From Bacteroidales bacterium (GTDB lineage: Bacteria > Bacteroidota > Bacteroidia > Bacteroidales > FEN-979): a stretch of 64,000 bases of DNA. This document shows, in pieces, positions 31,024-40,604 of the stretch. Every line of letters starts with the position of its first letter. Position 1 is the stretch's first letter. The stretch is taken from contig JALNZC010000009.1 of NCBI GenBank assembly GCA_023229525.1, forward strand, positions 1,282 to 65,281. Direction: 5' to 3'. A program made the position numbers and the translations under genes. The notes below the pieces were generated by a model, which searched no databases, was not told where the DNA came from, and saw nothing but the letters and a program-made list of their open reading frames with translations.

Positions 31024-31803
31024 ATGAAACGAGTAACTTTTCTTTTAATTTTCATGATTTTCATTCTAACAGGGTACCTTTTTGCCCAGAAACCTTCAGA
31101 AACAATAATTTTATCTGATACTTTGAACCGGACTGATACCCAAGGAAATAAAATAGGATTCTGGGAGGAAAAACAGGGGGAATTCACATTAAAGGGAGAG
31201 TACCGGAACAATAAAAAGAATGGGAACTGGATCGGTTATTATCAAAATAACATGATTTCGGGGATCGATTATTACAACAACGGAATTAAAGATGGGATTT
31301 CTATTACTTTTGACCGTCGTGGAAAAATTTTACAGGTCGAGAATTACAAAACCGGCCTGTTGCACGGACAAACCTTCGCATTTAATCAAAGCGGCGACAA
31401 TCCCGTTTCTGAAATTAATTATGCAATCGGAAAAAAGAATGGATTCTACCGGCTCTACTATGAGAATGGTAAAATACAAGAAGAGTCTTATTATAAGGAA
31501 GATAAGAAAGCAGGGACATCAAAATGGAATAATAAGAGTGGTCATCTGATTGCTGAATACAACTACAAAGACGGAAATTTTGATGGTATCCAAAAAACTT
31601 TTTACGAAAACGATACCCTGCAGTCAGTAAACTACTATCTTGACAATCAACTTACAGGAGATTTTAAGGAGTTCTATCGTGATGGGAAAGTTAAGGTATC
31701 AGGTAAGTATATTGCCGGTATCAAGGAAGGCATTTGGAATGAGTATGACGAATCAGGCAAACTTGTTAAGGTTTCCAAATATAAAAACGGGATAACCAAA
31801 TAG
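31024..31803 (+). CDS. MORN-variant repeat protein (YwqK-like)
   Basis: Repeated Y..GKK.G....YY.NG units; signal peptide. Confidence 0.85.
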   Translation: MKRVTFLLIFMIFILTGYLFAQKPSETIILSDTLNRTDTQGNKIGFWEEKQGEFTLKGEYRNNKKNGNWIGYYQNNMISGIDYYNNGIKDGISITFDRRGKILQVENYKTGLLHGQTFAFNQSGDNPVSEINYAIGKKNGFYRLYYENGKIQEESYYKEDKKAGTSKWNNKSGHLIAEYNYKDGNFDGIQKTFYENDTLQSVNYYLDNQLTGDFKEFYRDGKVKVSGKYIAGIKEGIWNEYDESGKLVKVSKYKNGITK

Positions 31804-31808
31804 TTTCT

Positions 31809-32927
31809 TTATAAACTCCGGCTAAACTCTTTAAAAAACCGGGCCCAGGAAATATCAGCTGATTTTTTTCCGAACCTCACAATCACAACCTTTTTTTCAG
31901 GACACACATAAATATATTGTCCTAGAATTCCTTTAGCGAAAAAATCACCCTCTTTTGTAACCCTCCAATGATAAGCATATGGGAATCCTTCCGAATCCCT
32001 GGAATCGGTTCGAATGGTTAATGATTCCGATACCCAGGAAGGGGGGATGATGGTATCCTTACCGGTTTTTCCATGATCAAGATACAACTGACCAAATTTG
32101 GCAAAATCAATTGCCCGTGCATTTATACAACAAAAGGCCTTTATCTGCCTGTCCGATCGGCTATCGATACTCCAGGAGGCCGGAAATTCGGCGCCCATGG
32201 GCTGCCAGATTTTTTCTTCGAAATATTCAGAAAGAGTCTTTCCTGTTACCCTTTCCAACGCCATGGCCAGAAGTTGTGTATTGGCACTCTGGTAATTGTA
32301 ATATTTATCAGGATTGTCCTTAATTTTCAATGCTAACGTGTATTTTTTCAGATCCAATCCATAATAAAATTTAGCCATAGTCCCGAAAGGATTCCCATAT
32401 CCTTCCACAAACGAGATACCCGAACGCATTTCCAATAAATGCTTTAAGGTTACATTTCGAAATCGGGGATCTTTCAATTCCGGTAAAAAATCTGTAATGG
32501 GTTGATCTACTGATCTGATCTTACCTTCAGCAATGGCAATCCCGACCAAAGCCGATACAAACGATTTAGCTACTGAAAAAGCAGGATAAATTGATTCCCT
32601 GGTAAAACCATCGAAATATTTTTCATAAATCATAGAATCATTTCGAATGACAAGAAAAGCAACAGTCTTGTGATGTTCTAAAAACTGTTCAAAATCCTGG
32701 GTATTATAATCTTTTGCAGAAAAAATAACCTGTTTTACCGGTGAGGTGGGTACGTTGAATGCCTTTGGTTTCGCGGATGATGAAATGGGATTTGCCGGAA
32801 ATTTCTTATAATCATTGATATCTGCATAGTTCCACCAAACATATCGGACTACATGACACGAGGAGCCCGCTAAAAGATAAAAACAAAGAAGGTTTACTAA
32901 TAGTGAAATTGCTCGTTTTGTGTTCAT
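31809..32927 (-). CDS. Serine hydrolase, class C beta-lactamase-like family
   Basis: FSVAKS (SxxK), LLEMRSG, YNYQS, KGILGQYIYV.P. Confidence 0.88.
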   Translation of the reverse strand: MNTKRAISLLVNLLCFYLLAGSSCHVVRYVWWNYADINDYKKFPANPISSSAKPKAFNVPTSPVKQVIFSAKDYNTQDFEQFLEHHKTVAFLVIRNDSMIYEKYFDGFTRESIYPAFSVAKSFVSALVGIAIAEGKIRSVDQPITDFLPELKDPRFRNVTLKHLLEMRSGISFVEGYGNPFGTMAKFYYGLDLKKYTLALKIKDNPDKYYNYQSANTQLLAMALERVTGKTLSEYFEEKIWQPMGAEFPASWSIDSRSDRQIKAFCCINARAIDFAKFGQLYLDHGKTGKDTIIPPSWVSESLTIRTDSRDSEGFPYAYHWRVTKEGDFFAKGILGQYIYVCPEKKVVIVRFGKKSADISWARFFKEFSRSL

Positions 32928-33045
32928 TATGATGAATTCGCCTAAAAATTCATTGAGACAAAATTAATAATATGCTCAGGAATCAACCGATTTATTTTAT
33001 ACATTTGTCATTCACTTTAATGAAGATTAATAATTTTCATTTGAT

Positions 33046-34032
33046 TTGAAAAAACTATCCGTAATCGCTTTACTTCTGGCTAATACTACGAGTTTCGGCC
33101 AATTTGCTCCACCTGCAGGTCAACCCGGGTCCGCAGCTATTAATAAAGATAGCTCCGTGATCATATCATGGGCCCTAACATGTAATGTCACAAGAGGTTA
33201 TATCAACATTGCCGATACTTTTTTAACCTACAATGGATCCAATAAAGCTTCCTACGGAAAACCTGAGAATGCCATTGGACCAGCGGATGACCTTGTTGTA
33301 AGTCTTGGTGACCGGGGAGAAGCCACATTAACTTTTAATCCACCCATCATCAATGGCCCGGGTCCGGACTTTGCGGTTTTCGAAAATGCTTTCAGTAGCG
33401 GATTCCTTGAACTTGCATTCGTGGAAGTCAGTTCCGATGGCCAGCATTTTGTACGGTTCCCGTCAGTCTCGTTAACAGAAACGGCCGACCAGGTTGGCAC
33501 CTTCGATACCCTGGATACAAGAAAAATTCATAATCTGGCTGGAAAATATAAGACTACATTCGGAACTCCTTTTGATTTACAGGATATATTGGATAGCGCT
33601 GGTATCGATATCAATAATATAACGCATATCCGGATTGTTGATGTCGTGGGTTCGATCCAATCTCCATTTATTTCCTACGATGCCATGGGTCATCCTGTCA
33701 ATGATCCCTGGCCAACACCCTTTGATACTGGTGGCTTTGATCTCGACGCTATTGGTGTTATTCACAACTATTCTCAAGGTATTGATGATCGGAAAAATAT
33801 TACGAATATCCAACTTTATCCAAATCCGGTTACAAAGAAAGTTAAGTTCTTTTCCAACGATCCCACAGAATGCATGGTGATAATAACAAACACCGGCGGC
33901 TATCAGATCTATCAGGAAAAATTTATCCACCAAACCACCCTGGACCTCTCTTCTTTTCCTTCAGGAATATTTTTCTCCCGTTTTTCCTGGAAAGATGGTA
34001 CAACCATTACAAAAAAAATTGTCAAAGAATAA
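33046..34032 (+). CDS. T9SS-secreted protein resembling cobalamin-locus surface proteins (BtuJ-like)
   Basis: VSLGDRG..F..PI.NGPGPDFAVFENAF..LELAFVEVSSDG, GFDLDAIG; T9SS CTD; lies before btuB/btuG-like genes; promoter element TACATTTG at 33000. Confidence 0.7.
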   Translation: MKKLSVIALLLANTTSFGQFAPPAGQPGSAAINKDSSVIISWALTCNVTRGYINIADTFLTYNGSNKASYGKPENAIGPADDLVVSLGDRGEATLTFNPPIINGPGPDFAVFENAFSSGFLELAFVEVSSDGQHFVRFPSVSLTETADQVGTFDTLDTRKIHNLAGKYKTTFGTPFDLQDILDSAGIDINNITHIRIVDVVGSIQSPFISYDAMGHPVNDPWPTPFDTGGFDLDAIGVIHNYSQGIDDRKNITNIQLYPNPVTKKVKFFSNDPTECMVIITNTGGYQIYQEKFIHQTTLDLSSFPSGIFFSRFSWKDGTTITKKIVKE

Positions 34033-34058
34033 CGACCTCCTGAAGTAATTCAGAGAAT

Positions 34059-35999
34059 TTGACTGATCCTAGAAAATATCTTAAATCCACTCTTTTTGTT
34101 GGTTTGCTGTTAAGCTTGTTTTTGCCGGTCGCTGCGCAGAATTTTAAAGACACATTACGGTTGCCTGTATTTGAAGTAAAATCAGGTTTTATCAGTGATA
34201 ATCAGGGATTCAAAAAAGAAAGATTGGATTCCAGTATACTCATCCATCATATTGATGCCGATCTATCAAAAATTCTGATTCAAAATTCTACGATTTTCAT
34301 AAAATCCTATGGAAACGGTACCCTCTCAACACCCTCCTTCCGTGGAACTACAGCCCAACATACTCAGGTTGAATGGAATGGTATTAACCTCAACTCTCCC
34401 ATGCTCGGACAAATTGATCTTTCTCAGATTCCTGTTTCCCAGTTTGATGAAATCGAAATCTTATATGGTGCGGCAGGGATATCAAGGACCAGTGGAGCCT
34501 TCGGGGGCGTAATCAACATGGCAACGAACCCCAACTGGGATCAACGCTTAAAAGCTACGTTTGCACAGACCATCGGGAGTTTTAACACATATACAACCAA
34601 TTTAAATTTTATTGCAGGAAACCCATCCTTTCAATCGCAAACAAAAGCAAATTATTCATCATCTCTTAACGACTTCACTTATTTCAACGATTACCTCGGA
34701 ACCAATGTCAAACAACAAAATTCAAGCTATTCATCTGCCGGGATAACCCAGGAGTTGTTCTGGAAAATCAAAGATAAACACCTCATTTCTGGCCATATCT
34801 GGTACAACTTCAATAACAACAATCTTCCCCCAACAACAACGGAATATGATCAAAATCACATTGAAAAACAAAAAGATGAGGCTCTTAGAGCTGTACTCGA
34901 ATATAAATTTGTAGACCGCAAATTCAATGTTATGATCAGGTCCTGCCTGGTTGATCAATATATGAATTACCAACTCGACAGCAACCTGAATACCACACAC
35001 CGATATTATTCCTGGATAAATCGGATCCGTTGTTCATTTAATGGAATCCGTAATCTCACTATCAAACCTGGACTTGATTTTACCCGCGATTGGGTTAATT
35101 CTGATTCATATGATGGGGTTAAAACACGGAATACCACAAGTTTCTATGCGGAGATTAGTCACAACTTCAAAAATACGATCAAAACTTCTCTGATCGTTCG
35201 TGAAGACTTAATCAACGAGAAATTCCTACCAATAATTCCGGCTCTGGGTTTGGAATACGCTCCATTCAAAAAAATAAACTGGAATCTTACTTTTAACCTC
35301 GCACGCAACTACCGTTATCCCACCCTGAACGACCAATTCTGGATCCTCTCCGGTAATCCTGATCTTAAACCGGAGACCAATTATACCATCGAAATCGGGA
35401 GTAATTATCATCGGTTGTCCGCAAATGGTAAATTTTTTATCGAGGCAAATATTTCCGGATACTATATGTGGATTTACGATATGATAACCTGGCTTCCGGT
35501 AGAAGGAAGTAATCTCTGGAAACCGGAAAACATCGATGAAGTTCTTGCAAGAGGACTGGAAATTGGATTAAATCTGAAATTGGAGGTGATGGGATTTTAT
35601 CTGGCGATGACAAATAATTATGCTTTTTGTAAATCTACATATGAGAAAGCCAACTCAGAATATGATAAAAAAATAGGGAAGCAATTGATCTACGTACCGA
35701 TGCATAATTTGAACAGTACTTTGTCATTGGAACGATGGAAATTTTTTCTCAGTTATAATTTCTGTTTTGTCAGCGACCGCTTTACAGGAAAAGATAATCT
35801 CTCCATCATGCCTGCTTATTGTCTTTCCAATATTCTTTTCGGTAAAAATATCTCAATGAAAGATTTTCTTTTATCTTTACAAATCGAAATAAACAACGTG
35901 TTTAATCTCGATTATCAATCTATTGCTAATCGCCCTATGGCAGGATTGAATTACGCTTTTACACTTAAATTCTCATATAGCACTCCTCGGAAAAGATGA
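34059..35999 (+). CDS. TonB-dependent receptor, BtuB-like
   Basis: Plug IFIKSYGNGTLSTPSFRG..HTQVEWNG; R.PTLND..W..GNPDLKPE; C-terminal barrel strand. Confidence 0.85.
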   Translation: MTDPRKYLKSTLFVGLLLSLFLPVAAQNFKDTLRLPVFEVKSGFISDNQGFKKERLDSSILIHHIDADLSKILIQNSTIFIKSYGNGTLSTPSFRGTTAQHTQVEWNGINLNSPMLGQIDLSQIPVSQFDEIEILYGAAGISRTSGAFGGVINMATNPNWDQRLKATFAQTIGSFNTYTTNLNFIAGNPSFQSQTKANYSSSLNDFTYFNDYLGTNVKQQNSSYSSAGITQELFWKIKDKHLISGHIWYNFNNNNLPPTTTEYDQNHIEKQKDEALRAVLEYKFVDRKFNVMIRSCLVDQYMNYQLDSNLNTTHRYYSWINRIRCSFNGIRNLTIKPGLDFTRDWVNSDSYDGVKTRNTTSFYAEISHNFKNTIKTSLIVREDLINEKFLPIIPALGLEYAPFKKINWNLTFNLARNYRYPTLNDQFWILSGNPDLKPETNYTIEIGSNYHRLSANGKFFIEANISGYYMWIYDMITWLPVEGSNLWKPENIDEVLARGLEIGLNLKLEVMGFYLAMTNNYAFCKSTYEKANSEYDKKIGKQLIYVPMHNLNSTLSLERWKFFLSYNFCFVSDRFTGKDNLSIMPAYCLSNILFGKNISMKDFLLSLQIEINNVFNLDYQSIANRPMAGLNYAFTLKFSYSTPRKR

Positions 36000-37102
36000 G
36001 AAAATTATTTGCATATACACTTTTTTTACTTTCCTTGATTTTATGTTTTCCTTCGTGTAGTAAACAATCCATACGTGAAACATCAGTCGATTCGGACCCT
36101 TCTGACACTTCACTGCTCCCAACAACGTATCAACACGGAATATTCGTCATTAATGAAGGAAACTTTAACTGGGGCAATGCCTCTGTCACATTCATTGATT
36201 ACTCCGCCAATAAGACGGTTCAGAAAATCTATCAAAAGGCGAATGCGCGGAATCTTGGCGACGTCGCAGAATCAATGAAGATCTTCGGAGCGCTTGGATA
36301 TATTGTTGTAAATAACTCAAACCGGATTGAGATTGTTGATTTCAAATCTTTTAAATCGCTTAAAACCATTACAGGATTGCATTCGCCCCGTCATATTGAA
36401 TTCGTAGATTCAAATAAGGCATACGTCACAAGTTTACAAAGAGGAATTTCCATCCTCGATCTTCATTCAAATGAAATTACAGGAACAATCGCTGTCCATG
36501 GCTGGACCGAGAACCTTGTCCGTTTCAATCACTATATGTTTGTTGCAGCTATTGGTGAATTTAACAAAACCAGTTCGAGAAGAAAAGCACAAATACTTGT
36601 TATAGATACCCGGACTGATCAGATCATCGATAGTATTCCGACAGGAAAGGAACCTATCGGTCTGGCAATTGATAATAAAGAGAAGATTTGGGCTTTATGT
36701 TCAGGTGGTTACGATTATTTTGAAATACCGTCAATTATAAAAATCAACCCTGAACTGAGGAAAGTCGAGGAAGTATTTAAATTTCCAACAACACAGAGAG
36801 TTCCGAGCCGGCTTTCCATTAATACTTTAGGCGATACACTTTATTTTCTCAATGGGGGTATTTTTCAAATGCCCATTCATTCCAAAGGGGTGCCGGCATT
36901 TCCTCTTGTTAACCCAAACGGCCGGTTATTTTATGGGCTTACCATTCATCCGGTTACCGGTAACATTTTTGTTAGTGATGCTCTCGACTATGTCCAGAAT
37001 GGTGTAGTTTATCAATACAGCCCTTCCGGTACCTTAATCAGCCAATATACTGTCGGGAGAATTCCCGGATCATTTTGTTTTACTCCTGATGATCTGCATT
37101 AA
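35996..37102 (+). CDS. BtuG-like (YncE/DUF5074) beta-propeller lipoprotein
   Basis: Lipobox FPSC; GIFVINEGNFNWGNAS, LGDVAESM, YIVVNNS, DALDYVQNG, GRIPGSFCF. Confidence 0.85.
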   Translation: MRKLFAYTLFLLSLILCFPSCSKQSIRETSVDSDPSDTSLLPTTYQHGIFVINEGNFNWGNASVTFIDYSANKTVQKIYQKANARNLGDVAESMKIFGALGYIVVNNSNRIEIVDFKSFKSLKTITGLHSPRHIEFVDSNKAYVTSLQRGISILDLHSNEITGTIAVHGWTENLVRFNHYMFVAAIGEFNKTSSRRKAQILVIDTRTDQIIDSIPTGKEPIGLAIDNKEKIWALCSGGYDYFEIPSIIKINPELRKVEEVFKFPTTQRVPSRLSINTLGDTLYFLNGGIFQMPIHSKGVPAFPLVNPNGRLFYGLTIHPVTGNIFVSDALDYVQNGVVYQYSPSGTLISQYTVGRIPGSFCFTPDDLH

Positions 37103-37746
37103 GGTTCCGTAATGCCGGTTTCCTGGATTATTATACGAAACTCGCTCAAAATCATAGCCGTGGCGCCCCAAATAATATTATCATCAATAAAAAAGGAAGG
37201 GACTTTAAGCGATAAGCCATGACGGAGTTTTATTTTTTTTTTCTGTATATTGGATTTATTCAACAAATCTGAAATACGGATTTCAATAATTGCAGCAACT
37301 TCCTTGGGATCAGCTTTGAATTGAGGACGAAATGGCATGTAACCAACCACAGGTGTTACAAGAAAATTACTTGGTGGTATATATAATTCAGTAAGTTGAC
37401 CCAGTATCTGGACCAGGATCGGATCAATTCCGATTTCTTCGTTTGCTTCACGCAATGCGGTATATATCAAGCTTTTATCATCATCCTCATATTTACCTCC
37501 TGGGAAGCTTATTTGCCCTGAATGAATACCAATATAATCAGGTCGTCTCATTAATACAAGGCCAATCTCGGTGTTCATAGGATATAGCAGTATAAGTACA
37601 CTGCTTTGAACGGCATTATCGGGCTGAATAAAATTTATCAATCCTTGGATTCTGGCCATTGAAGCCATTTTAAGTTGGGCACTCCGACCTGGTAATTGTT
37701 TCGTGAGACGCGCTTCAAGGGCGTTAATAAAAAAGTTGAAATCCAT
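37099..37746 (-). CDS. Nudix CoA pyrophosphatase
   Basis: HSGQISFPGGK..TALREANEEIG, IWGATAMIL. Confidence 0.92.
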   Translation of the reverse strand: MDFNFFINALEARLTKQLPGRSAQLKMASMARIQGLINFIQPDNAVQSSVLILLYPMNTEIGLVLMRRPDYIGIHSGQISFPGGKYEDDDKSLIYTALREANEEIGIDPILVQILGQLTELYIPPSNFLVTPVVGYMPFRPQFKADPKEVAAIIEIRISDLLNKSNIQKKKIKLRHGLSLKVPSFFIDDNIIWGATAMILSEFRIIIQETGITEP

Positions 37747-37824
37747 TTTTAGCAGGAATTTTCAAGCCAAAGATAAAGTTTTGAATGAAAATATTTTCTT
37801 AATTTTGAATTGAATTTCAATAAA

Positions 37825-38097
37825 ATGGTCAAACAAAAAGAGGAATCGTCTTTACTGAATAAAAATGACATTATTAGTCAGCGAGAGCTTATACTTTTTA
37901 ACGATGATGTCAATACCTTTGATTTTGTGATTCAATGCCTTATTGAAATATGCAACCATGATCGGGAACAAGCCGAACAATGTGCGCTCGTTACACATTT
38001 CAAAGGTAAATGTAACGTTAAAACAGCTGGGTTTTATGAATTGAAACCGCTTCTCGATGAGATGAGATTAAGAGGATTAACTGTTTCAATTGAGTAA
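37825..38097 (+). CDS. clpS: ATP-dependent Clp protease adaptor ClpS
   Basis: LILFNDDVNTFDFVI..L..IC.H...QAEQC...H.KGKC.VK. Confidence 0.92.
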   Translation: MVKQKEESSLLNKNDIISQRELILFNDDVNTFDFVIQCLIEICNHDREQAEQCALVTHFKGKCNVKTAGFYELKPLLDEMRLRGLTVSIE

Positions 38098-38239
38098 TTA
38101 ACCGTTATTCACTCTCTTTTCACAATTACTTTTTCCATTTTTTTTATTAATTGACTGACAGATTCATACAGAATATGAGTTATTAACAATTTGTTAATAA
38201 CTGCTGTGTGAAAATTGTTCATATTTGGATGCGAAAAAA

Positions 38240-38272
38240 TTTGCTTTCGCTATATGAACAAGTCTATATTTG
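38240..38272 (+). promoter_or_regulatory. Consensus Bacteroidota promoter driving the candidate ncRNA
   Basis: TTTG(38240-43)-N21-TATATTTG(38265-72), with no credible + strand CDS downstream. Confidence 0.75.
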
Positions 38273-38277
38273 ACTCC

Positions 38278-38596
38278 TCAAGCGAGCGATAAAAGGTCCG
38301 CAAATGAAAACGGAAGGCGAAAGCAGTTTTCGCAAGGAAACAGCACTCCCGACCAGCCAGGAAAAAGCAGAAACCGCAAGGTTCTCGCCGATGATAGGCA
38401 AGTTTCAAGAGCAGGGTTCTTCGACAGTGCACCTGAAAGGGAGGCAGCATCAAGGAACCGGGAAGAAAGGGAAGGGGAGACCCTAAACAAGTAAACCAAC
38501 CACAATAACAGTAGCTTGAACGCTCCAGGCGGTTACGGCCGCAAGGATGTCGGGATGGGAACCACTTCGGCCAGAGGAGGTTCCCATCACTGCTTT
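38278..38596 (+). ncRNA. Candidate large structured ncRNA (~320 nt), family not recognised
   Basis: GC-rich island with its own promoter, several GNRA-capped hairpins, long-range helices (38347-53/38549-55; 38404-09/38515-20) and a 3' hairpin at 38554-38588. Confidence 0.7.
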
Positions 38597-38672
38597 ATAG
38601 CCTTGATGTAATCTTCAGGATTTTGACCAACTGCTTGTGAAATCAATGATATGAGCTCCTATGAACAGACTC

Positions 38673-39437
38673 TTAAAGAATAAATGGGAAAAGAGCCTTT
38701 CGTTTAGTTGGGTATTCGGGAAATATTTCTTTATACCATGAATGATGATGCAATGCCCGTGGCATCAGATTTACCAGGGTCCAAATCGCAAAAGCAAGGG
38801 CTGGCAAACTCCACGTTAATAAAGCAAATCCAGACCACTCTAGAATCTCACCAAAATGATTGGGACATGAAACAAACCTGAAAAATCCTTTTTGGGGGAT
38901 GACATAGCCAGTTTCATCCGGTTTCCGTAAATGGATAAGAATATTATCAGCTTCCAAGTTAATAAACATCCCAAAAAAGAAAATTATTATCCCTCCAATA
39001 AATCTAGGATCAACAAAAAAAGATAACGGGTATGTTGTTTCTGTAGCCATCGTCCCCAGATAATAGCCGTTTATAAAGCCATTCATGAAATTAAAACCAA
39101 TAGCCATGCAAACAATAGCCACTGGCATCTTTTTCCCTTTGGTTCTTAAACGGAATGGAAATATAAGGGTTCTGTTTACGTAATGCAATAACCAAAGAGA
39201 GAAAAATATCCATGTCACAGTAGGATGAAGACCCGATCCGAAAAGATAAAAACCGGTGAAAAATAGCAATGCGGGTAATTCCATGATGATCCAGCCTGTT
39301 CTGTTATCGATCATGGCTCCCCATTTTTTACTGGCATGACGTCCATAAGGAGCGACAATCCGGATAACAATTGGGAAAATAAAGATTGCTATGGCAATCC
39401 AGGTATATACTATTAAGTAAAATGTAGATTCTTTCAT
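38673..39437 (-). CDS. 3-oxo-5-alpha-steroid 4-dehydrogenase (steroid 5-alpha-reductase family)
   Basis: APYGRH, GWIIMELP, HYVNR, SCPNHFGEILEW, NLMPRA..HH.WY, YP..RKA..PF. Confidence 0.92.
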   Translation of the reverse strand: MKESTFYLIVYTWIAIAIFIFPIVIRIVAPYGRHASKKWGAMIDNRTGWIIMELPALLFFTGFYLFGSGLHPTVTWIFFSLWLLHYVNRTLIFPFRLRTKGKKMPVAIVCMAIGFNFMNGFINGYYLGTMATETTYPLSFFVDPRFIGGIIIFFFGMFINLEADNILIHLRKPDETGYVIPQKGFFRFVSCPNHFGEILEWSGFALLTWSLPALAFAIWTLVNLMPRALHHHSWYKEIFPEYPTKRKALFPFIL

Positions 39438-39447
39438 CCAAACACGA

Positions 39448-40428
39448 TTAAATAATATTTCCGCTCTCCTTTAACCAATCTATCATATCTCTGATCGTAT
39501 CAGAAAGGGGTCTGGGATTGAAATCCAGCTCCTTACATGCCTTGGCATTACTGATCATCCGGCTACCTTCTGTGATTATTGTCAGTGATTCATTAGTATA
39601 CAGAGGCTCAGTCCTACTCATTTTACTATATATTGAAATAAAAGGTAGTCCAAATCTGGCCAACCATAAAGGCAGTATAGTACCTACAATTTTTCTTCCT
39701 GAATATTCCTGAATTAGGGTGGAGAACTCCTTTAAACTATGCCATTGACCGGATAACAGATATTTTTCACCTGTTCGGCCTTTATCCATAGCGGTTATAG
39801 CTGCTGAGACCACATCACGGACATCTACCCAATCATACCCACCTGGAACCAGGGAAGGAATTTTATGATTATATAAATCAATGATAGCTTTTCCTGTTAA
39901 TGATGGTTGGGGATCAACAGGGCCAATTATTGCTGTTGGACTTAAAATCACGGCATCGAGTCCATTCTTTACCGCCTCTATCACTGCACGTTCCCCAGTG
40001 GCTTTCGAACGGTCATAGGCAAATCCTCCCTGGCTGACAAGGGGCCGGGACTCATCAAGCGACTTGTCTTTGGGTTGCTGCTGAAATGCATGTATGGAAC
40101 TGAAATGAATAAACCGTTTCACTCCGCATTCGAGAGCAAGATTTAAAATGTTGTGCGTTCCTTCAGTATTGATACGTGTAACCATACCATCAGGGTCACC
40201 GGTAATTGAAATCCTTGCCGCGAGATGGAAAACAACATCCACATTCTCTAATAATAGTTTAATCGATTGATAATCTAAGATGTCACCTTTGAACAGATTC
40301 ACCGGGATTTCCTTGATTCCCCGGGAATTTCGGTGGAAGAGAGCGTTTACCTGATGACCAAACCCGAGCAGGGATTTACAGAGATTTATACCAACATGCC
40401 CATTGGCACCGGTTACAGCAATTCTCAT
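39448..40428 (-). CDS. NAD-dependent epimerase/dehydratase (3-beta-HSD/DFR-like extended SDR)
   Basis: VTGANGHVG, FHLAA, YDRSK, DWVDVRDV; promoter element TAATTTTG at 40451-58 (-). Confidence 0.88.
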   Translation of the reverse strand: MRIAVTGANGHVGINLCKSLLGFGHQVNALFHRNSRGIKEIPVNLFKGDILDYQSIKLLLENVDVVFHLAARISITGDPDGMVTRINTEGTHNILNLALECGVKRFIHFSSIHAFQQQPKDKSLDESRPLVSQGGFAYDRSKATGERAVIEAVKNGLDAVILSPTAIIGPVDPQPSLTGKAIIDLYNHKIPSLVPGGYDWVDVRDVVSAAITAMDKGRTGEKYLLSGQWHSLKEFSTLIQEYSGRKIVGTILPLWLARFGLPFISIYSKMSRTEPLYTNESLTIITEGSRMISNAKACKELDFNPRPLSDTIRDMIDWLKESGNII

Positions 40429-40604
40429 CCTTAATAGATAGGTAATTTGGCAAAATTAGGAATATTTCATGAGTCAGTATCTATCCTTTGCAAATCAATC
40501 ACATGAAATATCAAAGACGCTTATAATGGATACCACAATTTAACACTTGTATTTTAATAAAATAAATTCTATTTTTACAACTATATATTTTAAATCCTAA
40601 CATT

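Noticed and set aside
31024..31803. YwqK-like protein as part of a toxin-antitoxin system
   Set aside because: No adjacent toxin; MORN-variant exported proteins are common in Bacteroidota.
31809..32927. Antibiotic-resistance beta-lactamase
   Set aside because: The motifs fit the broad esterase/amidase branch of the family; resistance cannot be inferred.
38440..38490. Cobalamin riboswitch suggested by GGGAAG..GAGACC near the btu locus
   Set aside because: The core elements (AGGGAA.nGGTG.AAnTCC, GCCCnCAACTGT, GCCACTG) are absent, and the site lies downstream of the btu genes with no gene to control.
38250..38505. Four overlapping short ORFs (60-75 aa) in the GC-rich island
   Set aside because: No recognisable motifs, and they are mutually overlapping on both strands. 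Stop-codon scarcity in a structured GC-rich RNA explains them better.
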